This document shows positions 42,468-52,022 of a DNA stretch of 64,000 nucleotides, piece after piece. The DNA lies in assembly GCA_030141605.1 (NCBI GenBank), contig JAQGDQ010000270.1, positions 124,001 through 188,000 on the forward strand, given 5' to 3'. A program made the position numbers and the translations under genes. This stretch comes from Tubiluchus corallicola. Lineage: Eukaryota; Animalia; Priapulida. Numbering within the stretch: position 1 is the first letter of the stretch; each line of letters begins with the position of its first letter. The notes below the pieces were generated by a model that ran no database searches, was not told the origin of the DNA, and saw only the letters and a program-made list of their open reading frames with translations.

Positions 42468-43760
42468 TTAAAAAAAGGCTTTTCTTAGCTCTTCAATCTC
42501 ATCGTCACTCATTGGTGCAAAGCTTCCCAGGGATGTCCCCATCACCAGAGACTTGGCGCTGAACTCGGCAACTTCCAACCTGTCGAAAGCCTGCAGCAGG
42601 GAGGCCCCTGTTATTAATACAGAGTCATTTTGTATAATTATTCCGGGTTTGTCTTTTGAGATTCTATCTGGAATCATTTCATTGTTTGCAAATTGAGAGC
42701 CAAACGGAACATTTTCCATGTCTTGCAGGAATATCCAGCTTTCGGGAATAGTCCGTACGTCTAGTTTTTTGTGGCATGCTCCGTAGGCCATAAGGTATTC
42801 TGGTTGTGTCAGGATAATAGCGTTTATCTCAGGGTGAGTTTCATAGATTTTCTGATGTAGCCATGTGGAGCGACTTGGAATTTTACCAGCTTCCCTTTTT
42901 CCACCTTTGATTTGAACAATGTCTTCCAGCTGCAGGTTCCATCTTGTTGCATCGGTTGGAGTAATCAAAAAATCATTTCCCCGCCACCTTACTGAAACGG
43001 TTCCGTAGGTACTCATCATCAATCCCTGGTTGCATGCTCGCCTGACAATTTTTTTAATTTCATCTCTTATCTTTTTTTCATCAGAAGGGTGTTCCACAAG
43101 CTCCAATTCAGGTAAGTTTCGGGGAATCTGACGGTCAAATTCATTCAATTGCTCGTTGGTTAGAAAATAAGGCTTGCCAATAATATTAGAGTTAATTAGT
43201 GTTCTGGAGCAGAACTCGAGGGTTTCAAAGCATTCGTATGCATTAATAATATCTGAGCCTCCGACAACTGCGCCATGATTTTCCATGATAACAGCCTTAA
43301 ACCCTTTAGCAAACTGGTCCGATATCTCATTTCCGAGATCATCGCTTCCTGGAATATGGTATTTGGCAAACCCAATAGGCCCACACACTATTTTTGCCTG
43401 TGGTATTACGTTTGTATTGGGTATCTGCTTTACAATGCTGAATGAGACCAGTGCCGGCGGATGGGCATGTACAACAGATTTTATATCGGGGCGGTTTAGG
43501 TATATAGCTTTGTGAAATGGGTACTCCATAGATGGTTTATGCGGTCCGATAATTTCGCCATTATTTTTCACACACATTATGTCACGGGGCGTTAAAGAGC
43601 CTTTATCTACACCTGAAGGAGTAACCCACATATCGCCCTGTTCATCAATGATAGAGATATTACCTCCTGAGGTGGTTGTTAAACTTTTTTTGTAAATACG
43701 GTCGATAATCATAATTATCTGATCACGAGGGTGTATTAGATTTATATTGTTCTTTGACAT
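42468..43760 (-). CDS. class II aldolase/adducin family, tandem domain (fuculose/rhamnulose-phosphate aldolase-like)
   Basis: SGGNIS, TPSG, PSME..FH, HAHP and NHG motifs; second degenerate domain; ATG at 43760 preferred. Confidence 0.85.
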   Translation of the reverse strand: MSKNNINLIHPRDQIIMIIDRIYKKSLTTTSGGNISIIDEQGDMWVTPSGVDKGSLTPRDIMCVKNNGEIIGPHKPSMEYPFHKAIYLNRPDIKSVVHAHPPALVSFSIVKQIPNTNVIPQAKIVCGPIGFAKYHIPGSDDLGNEISDQFAKGFKAVIMENHGAVVGGSDIINAYECFETLEFCSRTLINSNIIGKPYFLTNEQLNEFDRQIPRNLPELELVEHPSDEKKIRDEIKKIVRRACNQGLMMSTYGTVSVRWRGNDFLITPTDATRWNLQLEDIVQIKGGKREAGKIPSRSTWLHQKIYETHPEINAIILTQPEYLMAYGACHKKLDVRTIPESWIFLQDMENVPFGSQFANNEMIPDRISKDKPGIIIQNDSVLITGASLLQAFDRLEVAEFSAKSLVMGTSLGSFAPMSDDEIEELRKAFF

Positions 43761-44798
43761 GTCTCTCTTTTTATAATTTGCGATTTTGCAAAAGTAAAAG
43801 TATTTATTAAAAATGTATTTATACAGGCTTTTCTTGATGTTCTTTTGTTCTTTATAAAAGAAACCAGGTAGTATGGGCTTGATTTTTCTACAGTGAAGAT
43901 AAAAAAACTGTGTGACTTTTGGGTTATACAACTTTTCATTATTTAGTAGTTGTTTACTGCGACTCCATAGGCAAGAAAGTGTTGGTTAATATACTGATTA
44001 TCACCATATTTGAATTGAAGGAAATTCTCCCGTAATTATATTGCAATAATAAATTGTCTTTTGATGGCTTATATTGTCCTCTTTAATTAAGAAAAAGGGT
44101 CTTAAAAACTGCCTCAGAATGTTGTAGATTTCACTTCAACAGCTTTCTCAAAATTATAGAAAGTAAGAAGGTTTTTCTCCTAATTTCAACTATCACGTGC
44201 TCCCATCTCCTTTAGGCAAAGTAATTTATCAATCTTTTGAGAGCTCAGGGTTAGAATCACATTAGTTGCCTTGCCTAGTTGTGGTATTCTAATAGTTACT
44301 TACTTTTAGATTCCGCATTGTGCTATAATTATTATTGAGTTTATGATAATTATGTAGTAATATTGAAGCGCCAAATGTTGAAGAAAGCATTTCGTAGTAA
44401 CAATCTTACAAAGAATGACACTTAGAGTTTTGCTTGTAAAGTGTTCTCGATGCATAAGAGAGTCAGCTGCGAAAAAGAACACCTGAGTGCATAGGCTTTT
44501 GGTGATGTTGTAGCCGAGGATGCCTACATTGATTTTCCTGGCTATAAAGTACATTCTCGTGAAGAATTGCAAAAGAGTGACACAAGACTTTGTATTGTAA
44601 CTAAAAATAGAATGCTTATGAAGTTACTTGTGGTCTCATTACCAAATGTTGATAAAGCGCCGGTATCCTGTCAAGAAAACCTATTGGCTATACCTGCCTG
44701 CTATGGCATTGGGAAATGGAATTTTACATAAATCACTATTTAACCAGAATAGAGTCAGGTTACTATATTACATTTTTGTTTTTTAAAGCTAGTAGAAG

Positions 44799-45365
44799 AT
44801 GGAAAATGCTGAGCTTGTTAAGCGACTTATAGATAGTGATATTGGGGCTTTCAATGAGGTTTACCATAAGTACCTCAATCGTTTATTTGGCTTTGTTTTG
44901 AAAATTATAAAACAGGAGAGCGATGCTGAGGAGATAGTTCAGGAGGTGTTTGTAAAAGTCTGGTCTTCGCGGCACAAGATTAATGATTATGATTCGTTTG
45001 AGTCTTTCCTTTTTACTATTGCCTATAATAATACCATAAGCCTGCTTCGTAAACGGATGAGCGAACAAAAGTATCTCACCCACCTTCAAAGCCAAGTTAC
45101 TTCAGGCAATGTTGTCGATGAGCTTCATTTTAAGGAGCTCAATGAATGCTACCAAAAGGTTATTGAACAACTTACCCCACGACAGAAAGAAATTTATCTG
45201 CTTAGTCGCGAGGATGGCCTAACCTATAACGAGATAGCTGCAAAGTTGGGATTGTCGAAAAATACGGTCGAAATCCACATGACCAAGGCCCTTTCTTTTA
45301 TAAAAAGACGTTTGGGTAAAACGCTGTTGATCAATGTGTTTTTTATTGATCTTTTTATTTTTTGA
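44799..45365 (+). CDS. ECF RNA polymerase sigma-70 factor (Bacteroides expansion type)
   Basis: AEEIVQEVFVKVW and region 4 TYNEIA...SKNTVEIH. Confidence 0.93.
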   Translation: MENAELVKRLIDSDIGAFNEVYHKYLNRLFGFVLKIIKQESDAEEIVQEVFVKVWSSRHKINDYDSFESFLFTIAYNNTISLLRKRMSEQKYLTHLQSQVTSGNVVDELHFKELNECYQKVIEQLTPRQKEIYLLSREDGLTYNEIAAKLGLSKNTVEIHMTKALSFIKRRLGKTLLINVFFIDLFIF

Positions 45366-45503
45366 AAAAAGTCAAAAATAACATAGTGGTATTTTGTCAC
45401 CAAGGCGTATACCTTATTGAGACAGCAATATTTTTTGCATAGGTTTAGTTTGGTTAGATCGATGTACCCCTCTCAGTAATGGAGTGGTACTTTTAAAAGC
45501 ATT

Positions 45504-46571
45504 GTGACAAAAGAACTACTACATAAGTTTTTGAATAACCAGTGCACTTCTGAAGAGTTTCAAGAGGTGGCAGACTGGATAAATACCGATGGTCCGCTTA
45601 TTGATGGCGAAAGGTGGACTTTTGAGGAGTGGCAGAGTTTTAAGGCTGATAAGCAGTATCGCACAACGGCCCAATACCAGTCTATGCTGGGAAGAATCCA
45701 CAGTCAGATTATTTTTGAACAGTTGACAAAAGAAAAGAGAGTGATTAGAAAAAAGGTGCCAATGCTTACCTGGGTCACCCGCGCAGCTGCGGTTTTACTT
45801 CTTCCCACCACTATTTTTTTGTTGCTTATTCTTTCGCAGCATAATTTTGAGCTTACCTCAATGGTCAAAAACGAAATTGATACGATGGAGGTAGTTGCCC
45901 CAGAGGGTTCTAAAACCAGGTTTTTGCTTTCTGACGGAACCGAAGTTTTCCTTAACCATGATAGTTCGCTGAAATATCCCAAGCGCTTCTCGAAAAAGAA
46001 GCGTGAAGTAATCCTTTCTGGTGAGGGGTATTTTAAGGTAGCTCACAACCCTAAACATCCATTTGAAGTAAAGACCAGAAATTTAAATACAGTAGCTCTG
46101 AGAACGGAGTTTAATGTGCTTGCCTATCCTGGTGAAAAGATGGCAGAGGTTACACTGGTGAATGGAAAAGTAGCTGTTGAAAAAATAACAGAGGGTGGCG
46201 AGTTAAAAATGTTGGGAGAGATGGTTTCCGGACAACACATCACTTATCATATCAGTGAAGATAAGGTTACCGGAGGGCGTGGCAGCGTGGCTAAAAATAT
46301 TTCGTGGATCGAAGGGAGGTTGATTTTTCGCAACGATCCCATCGACCAGATTGCAAGCCGTCTGAGCCGATGGTATAATGTGGAGTTTGAATTTGCTGAC
46401 GACGAGGTTAAAAAGTATACCTATACGGCAACTTTTATGGATGAAACACTTGTTCAAGTGCTTGATCTGATGTCAATTGCAGCGCCTGTTTCCTATAGGC
46501 TTGAAGCAAGAGAGAAACTATCCGATGGTACATTTACCAAACAGAAGGTTACTATTTATTTAAAGAGATAA
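45504..46571 (+). CDS. FecR-family anti-sigma factor
   Basis: TM helix, LSDGTEVFLN, LSGEGYFKV and RLSRWYNV motifs. Confidence 0.92.
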   Translation: MTKELLHKFLNNQCTSEEFQEVADWINTDGPLIDGERWTFEEWQSFKADKQYRTTAQYQSMLGRIHSQIIFEQLTKEKRVIRKKVPMLTWVTRAAAVLLLPTTIFLLLILSQHNFELTSMVKNEIDTMEVVAPEGSKTRFLLSDGTEVFLNHDSSLKYPKRFSKKKREVILSGEGYFKVAHNPKHPFEVKTRNLNTVALRTEFNVLAYPGEKMAEVTLVNGKVAVEKITEGGELKMLGEMVSGQHITYHISEDKVTGGRGSVAKNISWIEGRLIFRNDPIDQIASRLSRWYNVEFEFADDEVKKYTYTATFMDETLVQVLDLMSIAAPVSYRLEAREKLSDGTFTKQKVTIYLKR

Positions 46572-46721
46572 ACCTGACTATAAACTAAAACTTGTCCTGC
46601 TTATGATGAAACAACCAATTTTAAAAAACAGCAGCGGGGAGGTGTGCTGATGTCTCTCTGTAAATTGTAAAGCAAATCTCTAGTCAAAGAGAAACCACTA
46701 AACTTTTAACACTTTAAAAGA

Positions 46722-49700
46722 ATGACAAAAAATAATTATGAGCTGGATTTGAAGACTCTGACTTTCAAAACGATTAAAGCTCTAAAACTAATGAAATTAA
46801 CGGTTCTTGTTCTTCTAATTTCGGCATTGGGCACAGCAATGGCGAGCGAGACCTACTCGCAAACCAAGAGATTGACACTAGAGGCGGGCAACGTGATGGT
46901 GAAAGAGGTGCTAGCCAAAATTGAGTCTCAAAGTGAGTTTCACTTTTTGTATAGTGAAAAAGTCGTAGATGTTAACAGGAGGGTTAATGTTGAATTTGAG
47001 GATCAGAAAATTGAAGACGTACTTAATTTACTGTTCGCCGGTACCGATATTACCTATGTTATAAAGGACAGGATTATTGTTTTGTCGTCGACAGGAGTTG
47101 TTGAAGACAGTGCCGGTACTGCTCAGCAGCAGGCTGTAGTCAGAGGGAAGGTTACTGACACCAACGGAGAGCCCTTGCCAGGAGTTACCATACTTGTAAA
47201 AGGTACCACCAATGGAACAGTTTCGAAAGGCGACGGAAGCTACGGACTAAATGTAGAAGACGACGATGCTATACTGGTTTATTCATTTATCGGATTTGCT
47301 TCCCAGGAAATTGAGGTAGCCGGAAAAACCACTATTAATGCTATTATGCAAACTTCCGCCATTGATATTGATGAGGTTGTGGCCATAGGTTACGGAATGC
47401 AGAAGAAGGTAAACCTAACCGGGTCGGTAACTTCGGTAAAAGCTGAAGAACTGCAAGATATCCCGGTGGCAAACCTTTCGAATGCTATGGCAGGTCGTGC
47501 TCCAGGGGTTCAGGTTGTTGGAACTTCTGGTTTGGCTGGTGCTACTTCAAGCATAAGAATCAGGGGAGGTATTAGCGAGCCCCTTTTTGTTATTGACGGG
47601 GTGATCTCAGGGAAATCGGATTTTGATGCGCTTGACCCCAGTGAAGTGGAGAGTATTAACTTTCTGAAAGATGCGGCTAGTGCTGCCGTATATGGGGCCA
47701 AGGCAGGTAATGGTGTTGTTATTATTACTACAAAAAGCGGAGGTGAGCATAAGCCAAGGTTTAGCTTCAAGTCCTCTTTCTCCACTTCCCGTACAACAAA
47801 GCCTATCCAAAGTTATACAGCAGCACAGGAGCTTGAGTATGTAAACAGAATGATGGAAACCCGTGGACAGCCAATGCCCTATGGACAGAATATTATGGAT
47901 TATTTCAAAGACAAAAGCTATGATATTAATGATCTAATCTGGCAAAATCCTTCGGTTCAGCAACACAATATTAGTGTTGACGGCGGCTCGGATAAGATTA
48001 GATACTATATGTCTCTGGGCTATCATACCGAGGATGGTTCGTATCATAATACAAATTACGATCGTTACAATTTCCGTTCTAACGTAACAGCACATATTAC
48101 CGATCGTTTTAAAATTAACCTAAACATCAGTGGTAATCAACGAAACTATGACCGTTGGTATTGGCCATATGATGGAGCTGAAAACTTTAACGTTACTGAT
48201 TGGTATCGTGCAACTTTTAACTGGACACGTTTATATCCGTTTTATACCGATGCTGATGGCAATCCAACGAATGATCCAAATGACTATCCTGTTCGTCCGG
48301 CAGGTGGTTATCACCCTCCTGAAATCATGCTAAATGGTGGTTATCGTCAAACTAAGCACCGCTCGTTTAATGGAATTTTGCGGTTTGATTTAGATTTTAG
48401 CGAATATGTAAAAGGCTTGTCAACTTCTGTTCAGGCCAATCTGAATGCTTACGATAGAAATATGAAATCATACATTGTTCATAACGAATGGTATGTTTTC
48501 CAATCGGGAAGTACCGAAAATCAATTTATCCCTGGTCCGATTGATTTCACAAAGACAGCATCACACAATTTAAGTGCACAATATCCAAAGATTGAGGAGA
48601 GCGTAGATCTAAAAAGTGCTTACCAGCTTAACTGGTTTATTAACTACGAAAGAGAGTTTGGCTATCATAACATTTCAGCTGTTGCTATTTACGAGCAGGC
48701 AGAGAATAGTAGTAAATGGCTTAATGGACAAGCTGAAGATTTACTTTCGACAAATATAGATCAAATTTTCAACGCTTCATCTGATCCTGAAAGAAGACAC
48801 TTCAGTGGAGGAGAGAGCGAAGGCGCAAGTGCATCTTATATTGGTCGAGCAAGTTACAACTTTGCATCAAAATATATTGCTGAATTTTCATTCAGATACG
48901 ATGGTAACTATCGTTTTGCTCCAGGCAGTCGCTGGGGATTTTTTCCGTCATTTTCTGCAGGTTGGAGGCTTTCTGAAGAAGATTTTATGAAAGGTGTAGA
49001 CTGGTTATCCAACCTAAAATTACGTGGTTCATATGGGACAACCGGCTCTCTTGAAAACATTAGTGGTACCGCTATAGCTCCCTGGCAATGGACAAACTAC
49101 TACAACAAAGCATCTGGTTTTATATTCGGGACAACATACCAGGATGGGATATCGCCGGGAACTATGCCAAATCCTAATATTACCTGGTCAACCATTAAAA
49201 ACTGGAACTTCGGTTTGGAATATGGATTATTTAATAATAGATTGACCGGGGAGTTTGATATTTGGAGTAAAAATATCAGTGATATTCTTGGCCCCAGGTC
49301 GGGGTCAACTCCAACAACATTAGGTGCCGATTTACCATGGGAAAATTATGCCGAACGTAAATGGAATGGTTTCGAAATTTCAGCAACTTATAAGAACAGG
49401 ATTGGTGGTGAACTGTATTATGAGGTGTACGCCAACATGGGGTATGCCATTGATGAATGGGTGGTTTATGATGAGCCTGAATCTTACACTGATGGAACCT
49501 ATAAAGATAATTGGAGAAGTCGTATTGGAAAACCATCTGCAAGAGTTGGAGGCCTGATTTCGAAAGGAATTATCCGTACACAAGAGCAGTTGGATGCCAT
49601 CCCCGAAGGCTATACAGTTTTTGGTCGCGAACCGCAAATTGGCACAATATTATTTGAGGATATAAGAGGGGACGATTACTCGGAAGGGCCTGACGGAAAA

Positions 49701-50225
49701 ATCGACAATAACGACTGGACATATCTGAGCGATAACGGTGCACCCCGTATAAACTATGGTTTTGGAACTAATCTTGAGTGGAAAGGCATAAAGGTAAATG
49801 CCCATTTTCAAGGTGTTGGTGCGTATGATAGAATGGTTGCAACAAAAAACACTAGTAGCGGGGGCGTATTCCAGAGTGATCGTCCTTACTTCGAACTTTG
49901 GGCAGACAATTATTGGACACCTGAAAACCCGGATGCTAAATATCCAAGAGTTGCAGGTTACATGAATCAATCTGAGTTTGGTGGCGGTCCATCTTCATTC
50001 TGGGTAAGGAATGGTGCATATTTACGTTTGAAAAACCTAAACATTCGCTATTCTCTACCCAATATCTGGTTTGAAAGAGTTGGGTTGAATGACATTCAGT
50101 TATACTTTAATGGAACCAACTTGTTTGTGATTTCCGGATTTAAAGAGCATGACCCGGAACAGGCAACACTGGATTCATATCCTCTTATGAAAACCTTTAC
50201 AGGTGGTTTAAGTATTAATTTCTAA
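46722..50225 (+). CDS. susC: SusC/RagA TonB-dependent transducer with N-terminal STN domain
   Basis: EVVAIGYG, LKDAASAAVYG..AGNGV, RYDG.YRF and C-terminal F; alternative start at 46791. Confidence 0.95.
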   Translation: MTKNNYELDLKTLTFKTIKALKLMKLTVLVLLISALGTAMASETYSQTKRLTLEAGNVMVKEVLAKIESQSEFHFLYSEKVVDVNRRVNVEFEDQKIEDVLNLLFAGTDITYVIKDRIIVLSSTGVVEDSAGTAQQQAVVRGKVTDTNGEPLPGVTILVKGTTNGTVSKGDGSYGLNVEDDDAILVYSFIGFASQEIEVAGKTTINAIMQTSAIDIDEVVAIGYGMQKKVNLTGSVTSVKAEELQDIPVANLSNAMAGRAPGVQVVGTSGLAGATSSIRIRGGISEPLFVIDGVISGKSDFDALDPSEVESINFLKDAASAAVYGAKAGNGVVIITTKSGGEHKPRFSFKSSFSTSRTTKPIQSYTAAQELEYVNRMMETRGQPMPYGQNIMDYFKDKSYDINDLIWQNPSVQQHNISVDGGSDKIRYYMSLGYHTEDGSYHNTNYDRYNFRSNVTAHITDRFKINLNISGNQRNYDRWYWPYDGAENFNVTDWYRATFNWTRLYPFYTDADGNPTNDPNDYPVRPAGGYHPPEIMLNGGYRQTKHRSFNGILRFDLDFSEYVKGLSTSVQANLNAYDRNMKSYIVHNEWYVFQSGSTENQFIPGPIDFTKTASHNLSAQYPKIEESVDLKSAYQLNWFINYEREFGYHNISAVAIYEQAENSSKWLNGQAEDLLSTNIDQIFNASSDPERRHFSGGESEGASASYIGRASYNFASKYIAEFSFRYDGNYRFAPGSRWGFFPSFSAGWRLSEEDFMKGVDWLSNLKLRGSYGTTGSLENISGTAIAPWQWTNYYNKASGFIFGTTYQDGISPGTMPNPNITWSTIKNWNFGLEYGLFNNRLTGEFDIWSKNISDILGPRSGSTPTTLGADLPWENYAERKWNGFEISATYKNRIGGELYYEVYANMGYAIDEWVVYDEPESYTDGTYKDNWRSRIGKPSARVGGLISKGIIRTQEQLDAIPEGYTVFGREPQIGTILFEDIRGDDYSEGPDGKIDNNDWTYLSDNGAPRINYGFGTNLEWKGIKVNAHFQGVGAYDRMVATKNTSSGGVFQSDRPYFELWADNYWTPENPDAKYPRVAGYMNQSEFGGGPSSFWVRNGAYLRLKNLNIRYSLPNIWFERVGLNDIQLYFNGTNLFVISGFKEHDPEQATLDSYPLMKTFTGGLSINF

Positions 50226-50238
50226 AAATAACAGAGAG

Positions 50239-51996
50239 ATGAAAAAGAACTTATTATATATTTTTGTAACAAAACTCTTAAGCACTTTCATTGTCACTAT
50301 CCTTCTGTTTAGTTGTAGCGGTGTAATCGATAGAGTTGAAGACCTTGGAAGGTATCCAGGAGAGGGTACTTTTGACGATGTCCAGACAGTAGAGGCTTAT
50401 TTGGCAAACCTGTATGCGATTACCCTAGGGGGGTGGCCGCTTAACGATGGTAATAAAGCTGACGAAAGTGGGAATATTATTGGTCCCGATTGGGTAACGA
50501 CAAGCAATGGTACCATGAAACATTGGCCTTATGCCAGCATTAGAAAGATAAACATTTTTTTAAATGAATTACCTGAAGGCAATATACCAGAAGATAAGAA
50601 ACCGGCTCTGATTGCTCAGGCAAAATTTATGCGTGCCTATCACTATTTCAAAATGGTGGTATACCATGGTGGCGTTCCTATTATTAAGGTGGCGCAGGGA
50701 GTGGAAGACGACCTGAGCGTAAGCAGGAACAGTACTGCCGAGTGTTTCGATTTTATAGTACAGGACTTAGATGATGCCCTTACAGCTTTACCAGCCAAAT
50801 ATGAAGGCCCCGACCGTGGTAGAATTGATAAGGCTAGTGCGTTGTCATTTAAAGGGCGTGTGCTACTGTATAAAGCATCTCCGCAGTTTAATCCATCAAA
50901 CCCTTATGGAAACAGCTATTGGCAAGATGCCTTTGTTGCTAATGAAGAAGCTATTGACTTTTTGAATGAGAATGGATATGGATTATTGGAGAATTATGTT
51001 GATATTTTTGAAACCGATAGTCACAAAGAGAACGTACTTTCTGTAATTTATCAGGATCCAATAAAAACGAACGGACGTGGTGAAGCTTCAGTTCGCCCTT
51101 TATCGGAGTCTAAAAATTATACTGGGGGGGATCAGCCCATTTGGACAGTTGCCGAGGCTTACCCAATGTTGGATGGGAAGCAGCCCGGAACTTCAGGTAA
51201 ATACGATTACAATGTGCAAACCTTCTGGCAGAACCGCGATCCGCGCTTTGCTGCCAACATAGTTTGGAATGGGGAGGTTTACGAGCTGAGTGGGAAAGCT
51301 GATCGTCGTCAGTACACGATGACCAATATTGCGGAGTCGGTTGATGCCTTTGGTTATGTAATTCAGGGTGAGACCCACTACCGTACAGGGTTATACTGCC
51401 GTAAAGGAATTAATGAATCGCTAACTCCGGCTTTGGTTTCGACAAATGATTACGACTGGCCCGAGATTCGCTACACTGAAGTGCTGCTCAATTATGCAGA
51501 AGTAGCTAACGAAACGGGTAGCTCGGACGCAGCTATTCAAGCGTTGAAAGATATTCGTGAACGTGCTGGTATAGAGGTGGGTGCAGATGGGATGTATGGT
51601 CTAAAAGCTGGGATGAGTCGTGAAGAGGTGCGGGAGGCAATTCTTCATGAAAAATACATTGAAATGCTATTTGAAGGAAAACGTTTCTGGGATTTGCGCC
51701 GTCATCGTATGTTAGATCGTTTGGATGGAATGCGTAAATATGGAATTATGGCTATGACAGTTGATGGGCGTGATTACGAGAATGTAACGGCAGACGATGT
51801 AGTTAAAGCCAAAAACTATGAGTGGCTGCCAGAAGATTTTAGCTATTCCGTTGAAGAACTAATTACTAATGGGCCAAAAGAGATGGTTATGCCCGAAAAG
51901 TATTATTTCTTCCCTATTCAGTTATCACATATCGACCGTAACCCGAATCTGGAACAGAACAAAGAGTGGGGCGGATCATTTAATCCTGAGTTGTAA
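50239..51996 (+). CDS. susD: SusD/RagB lipoprotein
   Basis: Lipobox LFSC, RAYHYF, RDPRF, IRYTEVLLNYAE and EGKRFWDLRR motifs. Confidence 0.95.
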   Translation: MKKNLLYIFVTKLLSTFIVTILLFSCSGVIDRVEDLGRYPGEGTFDDVQTVEAYLANLYAITLGGWPLNDGNKADESGNIIGPDWVTTSNGTMKHWPYASIRKINIFLNELPEGNIPEDKKPALIAQAKFMRAYHYFKMVVYHGGVPIIKVAQGVEDDLSVSRNSTAECFDFIVQDLDDALTALPAKYEGPDRGRIDKASALSFKGRVLLYKASPQFNPSNPYGNSYWQDAFVANEEAIDFLNENGYGLLENYVDIFETDSHKENVLSVIYQDPIKTNGRGEASVRPLSESKNYTGGDQPIWTVAEAYPMLDGKQPGTSGKYDYNVQTFWQNRDPRFAANIVWNGEVYELSGKADRRQYTMTNIAESVDAFGYVIQGETHYRTGLYCRKGINESLTPALVSTNDYDWPEIRYTEVLLNYAEVANETGSSDAAIQALKDIRERAGIEVGADGMYGLKAGMSREEVREAILHEKYIEMLFEGKRFWDLRRHRMLDRLDGMRKYGIMAMTVDGRDYENVTADDVVKAKNYEWLPEDFSYSVEELITNGPKEMVMPEKYYFFPIQLSHIDRNPNLEQNKEWGGSFNPEL

Positions 51997-52022
51997 CTAG
52001 TTAATTTATTTAAATGTTTATT

